A stretch of DNA of 64,000 nucleotides from Paramecium tetraurelia. Taxonomy: Eukaryota. Both the position numbers and the translations under genes were made by a program. The DNA lies in NCBI GenBank assembly GCA_000165425.1, contig CT868011.1, positions 124,001 through 188,000 of the forward strand, in the 5' to 3' direction. Positions 12,755-24,103 of the stretch are shown here, one piece after another; positions within the stretch are counted from its first letter, which is position 1, and each line of letters begins with the position of its first letter. The notes beneath the pieces are model-generated. The model saw only the letters and a program-made list of their open reading frames with translations, was not told where the DNA came from and searched no databases.

Positions 12755-13410
12755 ATGTTTTATAACCTCCCAAGAACTCCATATATGTAAACACGAGTCC
12801 AACCTAGAGTTTTATACAACGGATTTGAGAAGTACAAGTAAGACACTATATCAGCACAAAAATTGTGAAGGTCCAGAATACTTTCGAATATTACCATTAC
12901 TTATAGAAGAAAAAGGAGTATTAGGATTAGCAAAAAGAATTATTGGAAGGATTAAAAATGGAGAATGATGAAATGAAGAAGCTGTCCTATTCAGTGAAAT
13001 GTTTCGGAGTAAGTAACAAAGAAGGAAAGTTTGGAGTACAAAGTTAGCGTAAATTCATGGGTGGTTCATTCGAATCCCAGCCCACCTATGAGGTTAATGT
13101 GTAGAGTGAAAGAATATCCTATCCCTTCAAGTCAAAACGCCTTATGACTAGTCGAAGGTTATAAAGAGAGAAATAGAAACCCCTTTCAGAAATCATCAAA
13201 TTGCCAGAGAGACCCGAAACAGTCAGAACGGAACACCTCTCAAATGTAGATAAGATAGTTAGGAAATCACGTATAAAGTTCAAACAATAACATTCTCAAC
13301 CATAACCAGAGATAGTATTCGAGAAAGAAAAAGCTAAGTATCAATCTTATAGTCGTCTCCTCTCAGAGGCTCATAGTCATGAAAGCTTTTATAAAATTCT
13401 TAGTCCTTGA
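12755..13410 (+). CDS. Hypothetical basic protein (~210 aa)
   Basis: ATG 12755; a 23-nt intron (gtacaagtaagacactatatcag) restores an open frame to TGA 13408-13410. No recognisable domain. Confidence 0.65.
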
Positions 13411-13956
13411 CTTACATTTCTTTTATTATTTTAAAGTTGATTATTATTGATATCTAACTATAAACATCATCTATATATCTAGTAAAAAAATGTTGACATA
13501 GAATAAATAAGCAATTTATAGTTAGATTTTTATACCATTCAGATTATCATCTTAGGTAAAATTCTAATTTGAAGAACTCACTTATTTTTTATATCAATTT
13601 AATCCTATTATAAGGATATCTCATCTGTATCCCTTTTTTATATAAACATATTTTATAGAAAAAATAGGCTACATATAGATTTTAAATATTCAAATCCAAT
13701 ATATGCATAGCATATAATCCTTAAATAGGCAAATCTAATTTCTTTAGTACTTTCTCACGAACTCTTTTCTTGGATTCTTAAAAAGTCAAGGATCTTTAAT
13801 TTCTTACAATTAAGAGGATGGTTGTTCCCTGATTGATTTTCAATTTTTATGACTATACAATCTGACTTTAGTGTGGGTTTAATAAAACAAAACATATTGT
13901 CATATATATATGAGAATCAAGAGTGATATGATGATGATATATTATAGATAAATGAA

Positions 13957-14459
13957 TCAGGTATTGTACATGACCTGGCAATGGTAATTTATGCTAGATG
14001 CCACATGATACATAATGTAATTATGATCACTTACTGATTCTATGTGTTTAACATCATAATATAGGTTTTTATCTTTTTATGCAGCAAGAATACATTTTAC
14101 CAATTTAAGTTGCTTCAAAGATGTGATTTAATTTCTATCGAATATTGATTTTTAAATATCTTGTCCTTCGTATTATGTATAGTTAGCAATAATCGATTAT
14201 CCTCCAAAGAGATCTGAAAGAGTGAATGAAAGTTGGAAAAGTCCTCTTTTTGAGATAGTTGGCTAAACACCCTGCACTTGGGCCACTAAACACACAAGAT
14301 CTACTTTATGGCCAAAGTAGTTTGGGTAATCCTGCTGTTAAAGACTCTTGAACATCTTGAGGCTCATCGGCACTATGTTAGAGCTCTATTTGCCTATGAT
14401 GGACTATGGTTTTTTGCTGCTCATACCTCCAGTGTATAGTAATGACTCTCCATCTACAT
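13957..14459 (-). CDS. RPA32/Stn1-like single OB-fold protein (159 aa) lacking the C-terminal winged helix
   Basis: With a 23-nt intron removed: ...NIVPMSLKMFKSL...FGHKVDLVCLVAQVQGV...LSFTLSDLFGGQSIIANY...LVKCIL...DVKHIESVSDHNYIMYHVASSINYH. This parallels RPA32 [47 protein letters not shown]. Confidence 0.7.
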
Positions 14460-14937
14460 TTATATTAAAATAATTGAAATTAATTTCACAGATCTATAAA
14501 TTCTAATATCACTCAATAGTATAAATAAGATATAGGTTAAGTGGAGCTGAAGAATTATGTAAATGAAGGACCCTTTATAATATATGATCTAGTAAGTAAT
14601 AATAATAGGTATATTTTGAATGGCAGTTGTTACATATTTATCATATTGTATTTATTCGATATTGGTAAATTACTCACTATCTATGAGTAAAAGGATGCAT
14701 CTATTGTAAATGAGAAAATTAATATATTTTACAATACTCTTCCCTTAATTAAAGAATATATTTTATGATAACATTAGTACTAATTATATTTCGGTAATTT
14801 AATTCAAATTATTATAAAAAATCGTTGAAGCCTTTAAATTATATGTATATATATAATTAAAGGTTTTAATAATTAATGAATATTTTTTGAATATATAAAA
14901 GGTATTTGTAGCATTGGATCATAAATAGCTATTATAT

Positions 14938-15930
14938 TCATTCATTTAGTGATAGTTTAGCCTCGTTTTGTAATATTTAATCATATATTTCTATTAACTT
15001 GGCTCCTAATCGATATCCACCGATAGATAAATTTTCTTCACAAAAGGCAATTGCTTATTTTTCATAATCACTATTGTAAGAATTGGATGTCGCTATCATT
15101 GGATACACAAATTGTTGTGCTTATCTAAAACCAAGGTATGTCCAAACGGAAGGATTACTACGTAATAATTTGTTTAGTACGTCATATCGTAGTTGCTGTA
15201 TTTTGATTTTGGGAATTTAGCAATTAATTCCTTCGACCACTTGTCTAGATACTAACTATCTGATTAACTTAGGGGTCGAGCCATAAAACTGTTATTGGGA
15301 GCAAAGGAAACTGCACCAGAATCCCAAAATGAATGGAAATTCATGAGAGTTCCATTCGATAACTATATATATATACATTATAAATACTTAAATCTTCATA
15401 AAGTTGCCACCTGCATCTCCATTAGGATAGCTACTATTCCAAAAGGTAACATCGTGTAAAGGTTGATGGATATCACCAATAACATGTAATAAAACTCTGA
15501 TCATCTATGCTTTGAAAACTGTATGTCGATTTTTTGCAGTTTTTTGGTTAGTTAAAACAGACACAGCTTGATTAATTGCATAGATGGAGTTGATATTTCT
15601 ACCTTAATCGTCGATTTTGATCAATAACCTTTGAAATAATCAAAAAAAATACCCATCTGGATTTATCGGTCTGTCAGTGTAGTGCCAATCATTTAGAAAT
15701 CCAGTTCCTGTTTCTTTTATATCATCTAACCAGACAGCTGCTTCAGCAAAGGTGTTAGATTTACCGTCTGTAAGGGAATTGAAGTCTTATACTAAGGAGT
15801 CAGCCCAAGCTAATACATCTGGTCTATTGTCTTTCAAATAATTCTTGGCAATTTGGGCTGTCATCATGTGACCGACTTCCCACCAACAATAGACCATTGA
15901 AATAAGATAAGAGAAAACAAATCCTTTCAT
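14938..15930 (-). CDS. Secreted S1/P1-family nuclease
   Basis: Signal peptide, then WWEVGHMMTAQIA, AVWLDDIK, WHYTD, LLHVIGDIHQPLH, GDAGGN, NFHSFWDSG, GGYRLG (Zn-ligand motifs intact); tiny introns. Confidence 0.95.
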
Positions 15931-17676
15931 TAATACGATTATTAAATACTCATTTTAAGTAAAAGATTACCTCATATTTATATAATCAAATTTTTTATAA
16001 TAACTTATTCCTAATTAAGATTTACTTTAATCATATTTATTCCTTTATTATATTTGCAAAGTATTAAAATCCTACTATTTAATTAATCTCAAATTTCCAA
16101 TTGTTATTTAAGTCTGCATAATCTCTTATTTAGGAGAGTAACATATGGATGTATTTCTTGTTTTCCTGACACATTTTTTCATTAATATTTTATTATGATT
16201 AAATCTTTGTTAGTTGTATCAGATAAGACTCATTCATCCATGACTGTTGGATTAAAAGATACTAATTTATTGTAAGAACTGAATGAGTCAAGTCTGCTTA
16301 CTATTGAGATGGGATAAATCTTCAACTTACTATTCAAATATCGAGTGAATTTATCTAATAACTATTAGTAACTAGGTCTCTTATCAGAACTCAAACCAAC
16401 GTAAGCTAATATCAAATTTTCTAATTTCTCTAATCAGAAATATATACGATTTTTACTATTTAAATTAAATTTCTTAAGAATTTAAAATATTAATCGAATT
16501 TTTAAGATAAACAAACTGTCCCATTTTTATTGATTTCTACTCTGTATGGAGTTACTTCAGTATGTATTGTTATCATTATTAATCCAAAAATAAATATGTT
16601 TGCCTTCTCAATTGAATGTTATTGAATAATTCATTAAAAGCATTTATTACTTTTGGTGCAAAAACACCAATCACTTTTCAAACCTCCAGAATAAATAAGT
16701 TAATAATCACTCTATTAAGAAAGAATTTACTATTCAACAATTCTCACATTATCTCAAAAAATTAATAATTAAGAAAGATAAAATTAGCATGTGTCTATTT
16801 TTTTTGAGAATTTATTTGATATGCATATCTCAAGTGCCATTCAATATTATCTAATATTACATGCATTTGTGAAATGTTGAACATAATTATGATTCAATTT
16901 CATGCTCAATCTTATTTATTCTCATTAAATTATACTATCAGAAGAAATATGAAAGCTTTCTCTTCATTTAAGTTTTCAAAAAATAAATCACTATTAAATT
17001 ATATTTGTTGAATATTATAAATATACCCTAAAACAAAAATAAAAGTAGGAGATAATATACATGAAATATTGCAGTAATGTAAAATCATATATGTTACAAA
17101 TAAATCAATAATAATAAAAACATTTTTCTAAAATTCATATTTTTGTTACGTATTATTAATGAATATTAATTTAATAAATGAAAATGGGAAAGAAATAAAA
17201 AACTAAATAACATTTATTTATAATTAAGTGAAATTTATAAATAATATTATTGATAAAATTTTAGAAGGACAAATAAATTAAATAACAAAAGAATTAAAGG
17301 ATTAAATATAAGTATACAATTATTTAGATCTCTGTATGTTATTTTTGATGAACTTCTTACAAAATCTATAGGCAGCGTATTTTTCTTAAAATTAATTAAA
17401 TTTTCATTAATGTAATTATTTTTTATATAGTTGCATATTTATTATTTAAAGAAACCATTAATAATATATTTTATCTATCTTCAAATTTCTTTGTAGTATT
17501 ATAAGCTAAAAATAAAAAGTTAAAATGTATTTAAACAAGATTTTTTATAAGAATGATATAGTATTGATATTTAAACTATTAAATAAATTTATACATTCAA
17601 CCAAGTAAAAAAGATAAAAACAGAGTACTGCTTAAATAAGTAATATTTTATGAAATATAGCACTTTTTTAATGATG

Positions 17677-20600
17677 TCATTTTTCTTTTAAAGTTATCAA
17701 AAATTTTGGGTAAATTCTATTTCTCTTTATATAGTAATCTTCACCTTTTTTATAATTATTTAGAAATTAATCACTTATTAGAAATGATTATTTCAAATCT
17801 TACGGCTATCCAAGTAAGACTTATATTATGATTATCTGCTTTTCTCCTTTTGAGGTTTCATATTAGTTTTCTTTAACATAGGTCATCGTTTTACCACATT
17901 TTAAATAAGGTCCTTTTTTCTAAAAATAATAGTTATTTTTTACATAATCATAAGAGAGAGACAAAATTACTTTTCCAAATATTTCTTAAGGACAATCTTT
18001 TTAATTTCCAAAAAGTAACAATTATTCATTCCAACCTTCCAAAGATCTTTTGGTAGATAAATATTTTGCCAATATATCATAATTTTGAATCAATTAGATA
18101 GTTTTAATCTTCAAAAATGGAAAAGATTATTTAACTTCTTCATAATGAGATAATAAATCATCACTAAAATATAAACTTTTATAGCTGCAAGTATTCCAAG
18201 TTTATGGAATATAATGTAAAAATTCTGCTACTTCTTGAATTGATTTAAGATTATTTCCAATGTTTTGACAGATATTGTTTTATTTTGAATTAATACCCCA
18301 TCCATTTGTATAGTGTTTTTCTAAAGGTATTTTAAAAAACTAAGGTGGATCTAATCATTAACTTCAGGTAGCTTAACTTCAAAATTAATTTCATATTTTT
18401 CTAAGATATTCCAGATTTCATTTAGTATCTTTTCTGTTTTATCACTTTGTTCTTCAAAATCTTAATAATTATTAAGAAATGTTTTTGCTTTGAAATAAAT
18501 TTGATTGTCACCTTTATTCAGTTGAGGAGCCTTTTCATTCAAACTATTATCTATGAAGTTTCGTATATATCAAGTAAATGAATACTTTTCAGTACCTTTT
18601 ATAATTAAATTTTGGCACCAGTGTCTAATTTAATTTTGTAAAACTCATCTTTGCTTTTGAAAAAGATTTAATATTTTGTTTTTTCCAAAAATACTGTATA
18701 TTTTTATTTTTTCTTTGATTTCCTTTTAATATATTAATTCAAAATATAGTCTGCTTGCTCTTAACCGATGTAATAAACCCATCTTTTAATGTAATTTCTT
18801 GGGTTTGAGTACTAGAATGATCTGTGATTTTGCCTTTCTTCAAATCGATAGTATGGGTTCTAGGTTTATCATTGTAAGGAAACTTTAACAATAGTTCATT
18901 TTTTTTATTGTCTATTAGATAGATTTAATAAGCAGTTTCAATCTGTTCATTAGTTATAAAATTATATTCATCAAAATAAGCATTATTATACCATTTCCAT
19001 TAGGCATCCGCATACCTATCATACTTTAAAATAGATATTTAATTCACCAATTCTTTTTCGTACTTAGATTTGAGCTTTTCATTATCAATAAAAATAACAA
19101 GTTCATAAAATCTGGTTTGATGCAATTACATAAATTCTGATAATAAATCTACGAAATTGTCCTTCATCTCTTTTGTATACAACTCCAATCTATCTATATT
19201 AGGAACCATATTTCTGATAGAACAAAAAATACTCTTAAATATCCATCATGGAAGAACGAATTTAGTCCTACTTTTTATAAGAAATTTTCAGATCCTAATT
19301 TTATTTATTCTTCCATCTCAAAGAGATTTCACACTATAAATTTGTGTCAAAATAAACTTCTTTTTTTTTGAATTTCATGAATTAAATTTTAGTAGTCTAC
19401 TAGTTAATTTCTTATTGATTTTTTGTAAGATTGAAACTTAATTCAAGCATCTATTATTAACATAATTTTTCAAGTTCTTATTGACAGTTTTTATATAAGA
19501 AGTTTGCTTCTAACCTACTTATCTTTATAGGTATTTCTAATAATAACTGATCTAGCTTTTGCTCATATTTACGAAAAATACATAAGGTTGTCATATCATA
19601 AGATGGGCTTTCAAAATAAACAATTTCTTGATTTGATGATAATGTTATTGATAGTACCTTTGACGACTATTCCATTATTTTATTCTTATAATCATAAAAT
19701 ATCTTTTAGGCATACAATTTTGATTTTGGTTTATAGTATAGATATATTAAAGTCTTATAACTCTCAAGTAGAGTTTTAATTTTGTTTAAATAATCAGAAT
19801 GTAATATAAAATATAATTATTGATTCTAAACGTACAGCAATGCACTATATTTTGATTAGAACTCCTCTGTTGTTAGTCCTAACTGGTTAAGTTGGTTCAT
19901 GTAAAACTTGCAATCTCAAGCTTACTCAAAGTTTCATTTAAATAGTTTTCTAACTATATTAAATCAATTTCAATGAATTCATTAAAATAAACCACGAGTT
20001 CTATATATTAAATTTGGATATCTTTTATATATAAAATGTTTTTTTATTAAGTAAAATCCATTAATAGGTTGGTTAAGACATGTTTTTTTTACTAAATACC
20101 TATTAACTCTAGATGTTTACTTAATTTTGCATCTACCTTTAGATAAATTTATGAATATTTTAGAGATTCTAATAATTTATTCACTTCATTTCTGAATGTT
20201 TTATTTTAGTGAAAAGAATTTTTTAACTTTATACCCATTTCACAATCTTTAAACTTGATATTAGAATTTGTAATTAATGGTAATTTACAAATAAATTTTT
20301 GGAAATGTTCCTTGTCCCAATTATTTAATCTCAGTATTTTCGATGCTCGATCCTGAATTTCTTATTAGAAGACTTAGTCCACATTAAATAAATCAGTATA
20401 TGATTCAATTTCTAAATATATTAGTTTTGTGAAATTAGGAATTTCGAATCTATTATACCCAACCCTAATATTGACGTTTTAATATTATTTACAAAAATCC
20501 TAAGCCATTTCTTTTAATTCTGCACGTGTGCATTTAGGTTTTGTTATTTAGATTACAACAGTGTGAGACTTAAAATTATCAAAAACAAAACGGTTTAAGA

Positions 20601-21431
20601 GGATTTGTTTCTATAAAATCTGAGGATTGTAATTATTTTAAAATGCATTTTCATCCACATTCAAAATGAATATCAAGTTATTTAATTATCTTGCAAACTC
20701 ATATGGTTCTTCAACTTCACCTAGGAATAAATTTCCTTAGTTTGCTTCTAAAATTATTGCTAATTTGTCCAAGTGGTTGTATAAAAATTCTTTTTGGAAT
20801 TCTTTTCAATTTGATTTTTGCAAAATACAGAAAAAAGTATAATTTTACTTATTTGCTAATTTATTTATTCTAAATGTTGTTATTTTAGCGGATTTAGTTA
20901 TTCTTTGGTTTTATATTCACTAAAATTCTAATCTGGGAATATTTTCATTGAAAAATGTTTTGCCTTCTCATAGAAGTAATTCTTCATTAGATTATGAATA
21001 ACAATAAATTTTACTTTTTTTGATATCCCTACAACCTCATTAAAATATTAATCATTCTAAAGTGGGTCTTAAAACAATTTATTGTGATCATTCAATTGAA
21101 AAATATTGCCTTTTTGATCAATAATGTAATTTTGAGTTTGAATTAATACATCCTACTTGTTCTTATCATATTCCAAGGAGATTTCTCCTTAAAGTTGTTT
21201 CACAATCTCCAAAATGTTTTATTTCATATCTATGCTATCTACACTAACTTTCATTTTAATTGAGCACATTATTATATTTATGTGAGGCTTTAATTGATTC
21301 TTGTAGTATGGAAATACACTAAATAATATCCTAATATATTCAACTTTTAATGTTTTAGGTTAAGGGGATACTATGGTTTAACATCCTAAAGATAGAATAT
21401 CTTTAAACAAAGGACTAAAAACAACCCTCAC
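17677..21431 (-). pseudogene. Large WWE + PARP/ART-like multidomain gene, interrupted by at least three single-base frameshifts (pseudogene or assembly errors)
   Basis: Long code-6 open frame from a GTG at 21431. WWE: AQWKWYNNAYFDEYNFITNEQIETAYQ...THTIDLKK (~19005-18800). ART-like: IPQTW...IKTIQLIQNYDILAKY...NEQLLLFGN...KGPYL...KQIIIIQVLLG...YYIKRNRIYPKFLITL-TGA (18210-17677). Frame breaks near 19910, 18778 and 18260. Confidence 0.7.
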
Positions 21432-22156
21432 TTATTAAATTATATATTTGATATAAAAATAATAAAAATAGTTTGGATTAATTAGTAACTTATTTTAGAT
21501 TTCTTTTAACTGAATTCATAACATAACATCTGAGTACTACATTAGATGCATATTATTATCATATATATAAAAATGAACGATTAGAAGAATTGCAAATTCT
21601 TCATAAATAATACTTTGAAAATTAATACAGAAATTGTATTGTATAATATCTTGGCAAATGAATATTTCGAAAGAAATTACTTTATAAATGGCTAATCATT
21701 TATATTTAAACCCTTGAGATTCTCCATAATAATTAACTATGTCAAGGTTAATTTCCATTAAAAAAAAGTGAATGTAACTTTCATATGCTTATGACTTTAG
21801 TTTACTTTCTTACTCAATTTGAATTCTATGCATAATAGTTCTATTTCGATTTATACTTTATAAATTGGTAACCTAAATACTATTCAATGAGAATTCATAA
21901 TTCCTTATTATATGAATGAATAAAATCATAAAGTGAATAAAAAAGGTAGTTAAGTTGATTGATATTAATATGCGTAATATTAATATTACAAATTTTTGAA
22001 AAAATCGATTTTATATACACAGATACAATTATATAAGAGATCATTTATCCCTGCATGATATCTTTCATTATTGTTTAATAATAACTATAATACTATTATT
22101 TTTATTCCAATTATTTAATTTTAATTTGACTTCCATAAATTAATAATAAAACAAAT

Positions 22157-23811
22157 ATGTTCCTTTATTTTCTCCTTATATGCCAGGGCATGGGATTAGA
22201 TTTTAGTTTTCTCAATGACACAGAGCAATACTAGACCAATGTAATGATGAATGTGGAACAGTAATCATACATCAAAAGATTAGATGATTTAGGCAAAATT
22301 TTGTAAGTTATTATTCTAAATAATTTAGGTCTGTGAATTTCACAGGGGAAGACGAATCGAGTTAATTTTGCTCACCCTATTATTAAGGAGTAACAATTCA
22401 TTAGGCACCTTCAGGATTCATATCATTAGTACACGAATTTTCAAAGAAGGATATTGATGAATTGGGTGAAGAGGACTTGTATCGTGGATATAATGAGAAA
22501 TTATCCTCATATGCTGTGAGTCCACTTGGAATTAGTATATTATCCTCAAAAGGGAAAGTTTATTTCATTGACACAAATTCAAAGGATATGTCTTTCTTCA
22601 ATTATACTCTGCCATTGTTAAATGAGCATTAACAGTCAACTCAGTTGGTGTATGATGAGAGATCAAGGTATTTCTACGCCTTTTTGAATGATAATTCTTA
22701 AGTCTTAAAGTACTAGTTTCTTAACAATGAAATACAACATAAACCAGTGGCAGGATGGTAGACACCGACTGATAAGATGAGAGTTGTGGCTAGTAATGGA
22801 TGGCTATACTCAGCCCAAGAGTCATAAGGTCTATTTATTTATGAAATCTAATTGCATGGGTTGAAGTTTATAAAATCATTTACTTCTATGGATCTGTACG
22901 ACTCTTAAAAAGACTTGTTCAGGATTATAGATGTTGCAGTTTATGAGGATAAGTTGTATGTTTTAGATTATTACAACGGAATTACACAATTTAATATTCA
23001 TTTTGATGGCACATTTACCAAAAATGAAAAGTTGGGATTGATTAAGTATTCAGATTGCAAATCATTTTCAGTTAGAGGATCAACAATTATATTGATATAA
23101 AGTTATCAATCAAACTCTGAGATTGTTGAGCTATTTATCTAGGATGATAACTATTTGGAGATGAGGAAGATATACACAAAAAGTCAATTGAGAAGGGCAG
23201 ACATTCTCGATGATGATTTTGCAATTATTCGTGGTCTTCATGATCATAAAATCATGCTTATTTAAATGCCCGAATAATATCTTGATCAAGATGCAAAACG
23301 ATTGTAAATTTAATTATTCATATCTTTCCAGAGACAATTATTTCTTTAGTGGAAATCTCTTGGGTGTGAATAAATTAGGTAAAAATAATGAGACCCTCTT
23401 TGCCATATCCCCTCATGGATTCTACGTTTTCATTTACAGAGCATATCCCACTATAATCATCTGCAACAGTAATAATGTTGAATCAGGATTATACCAAGCG
23501 AATGTAATTAAAATGTTGAATTTATCAAGATGTAAATCAAGAGTACTGATTGCGATAAGAAAACAGATAAGTAAAATCATCTCCAATATTGTATCACCAA
23601 TCATCTCTACAATTTCGAAATCAAGAAACCCTTGCTTTCACCAGAACAATAGTAAATTACTATATATCTAACTATCATCTTGATATCTATTATCCTCTTG
23701 TTGGTCGGATGCATTTTGTTTCACTGCAGAAGCTATCAAATTAAATTAGAAAACCTAGAGAGATCAAAAAGAAGAAAACACTCTAAGCCTCCTATTAAAT
23801 TAGAAGCCTGA
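22157..23811 (+). CDS. Type I membrane protein with a probable beta-propeller (LVIVD-like) ectodomain
   Basis: Signal peptide MFLYFLLICQGMG; blades VVASNGWLYSAQESQGLFIYEI and DVAVYEDKLYVLDYYNGITQFNI; TM IYLTIILISIILLLVGCILF; short basic tail; three introns. Confidence 0.8.
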
Positions 23812-24103
23812 AGTTATAAACATAATCAAATATTTAATTATGTAATTCAAAATAATATTCTTAATTTTCAGCAGTTTCTAATCTAATAATCTTGAATAAG
23901 ATCAGTTTTATGATTAAAATAAAATAGATTTATTTTGAAAAATAATTTATTTTTTTTATTACTTGTTAATAATAAATTTAACCCAATAGGTATAAATAGT
24001 TTATTAAAATGATATTAATAAAAGTTAAAATAATAGAAATATCATTTTGTCTTTAATAATAGATAAATATAGATATATAAATAAAACATACAGATACTAA
24101 TTT

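Noticed and set aside
13610..13900. Possible small minus-strand gene (…SKKRVREKVLKKLDLPIQG…)
   Set aside because: It needs an atypical 32-nt intron and has no recognisable motif; support is insufficient.
20290..20340. Kinase-like LGQGTFPKIY on the minus strand
   Set aside because: It is off-frame; the long open frame here reads LRLNNWDKEHFQKF, and no other kinase motifs follow.
21370..21431. Possible macrodomain start (FKDILSLGCQTIVSP) in the WWE-ART gene
   Set aside because: Only a weak resemblance to GDIT...DAIVN, and the downstream GGG/GTG loops are not seen.
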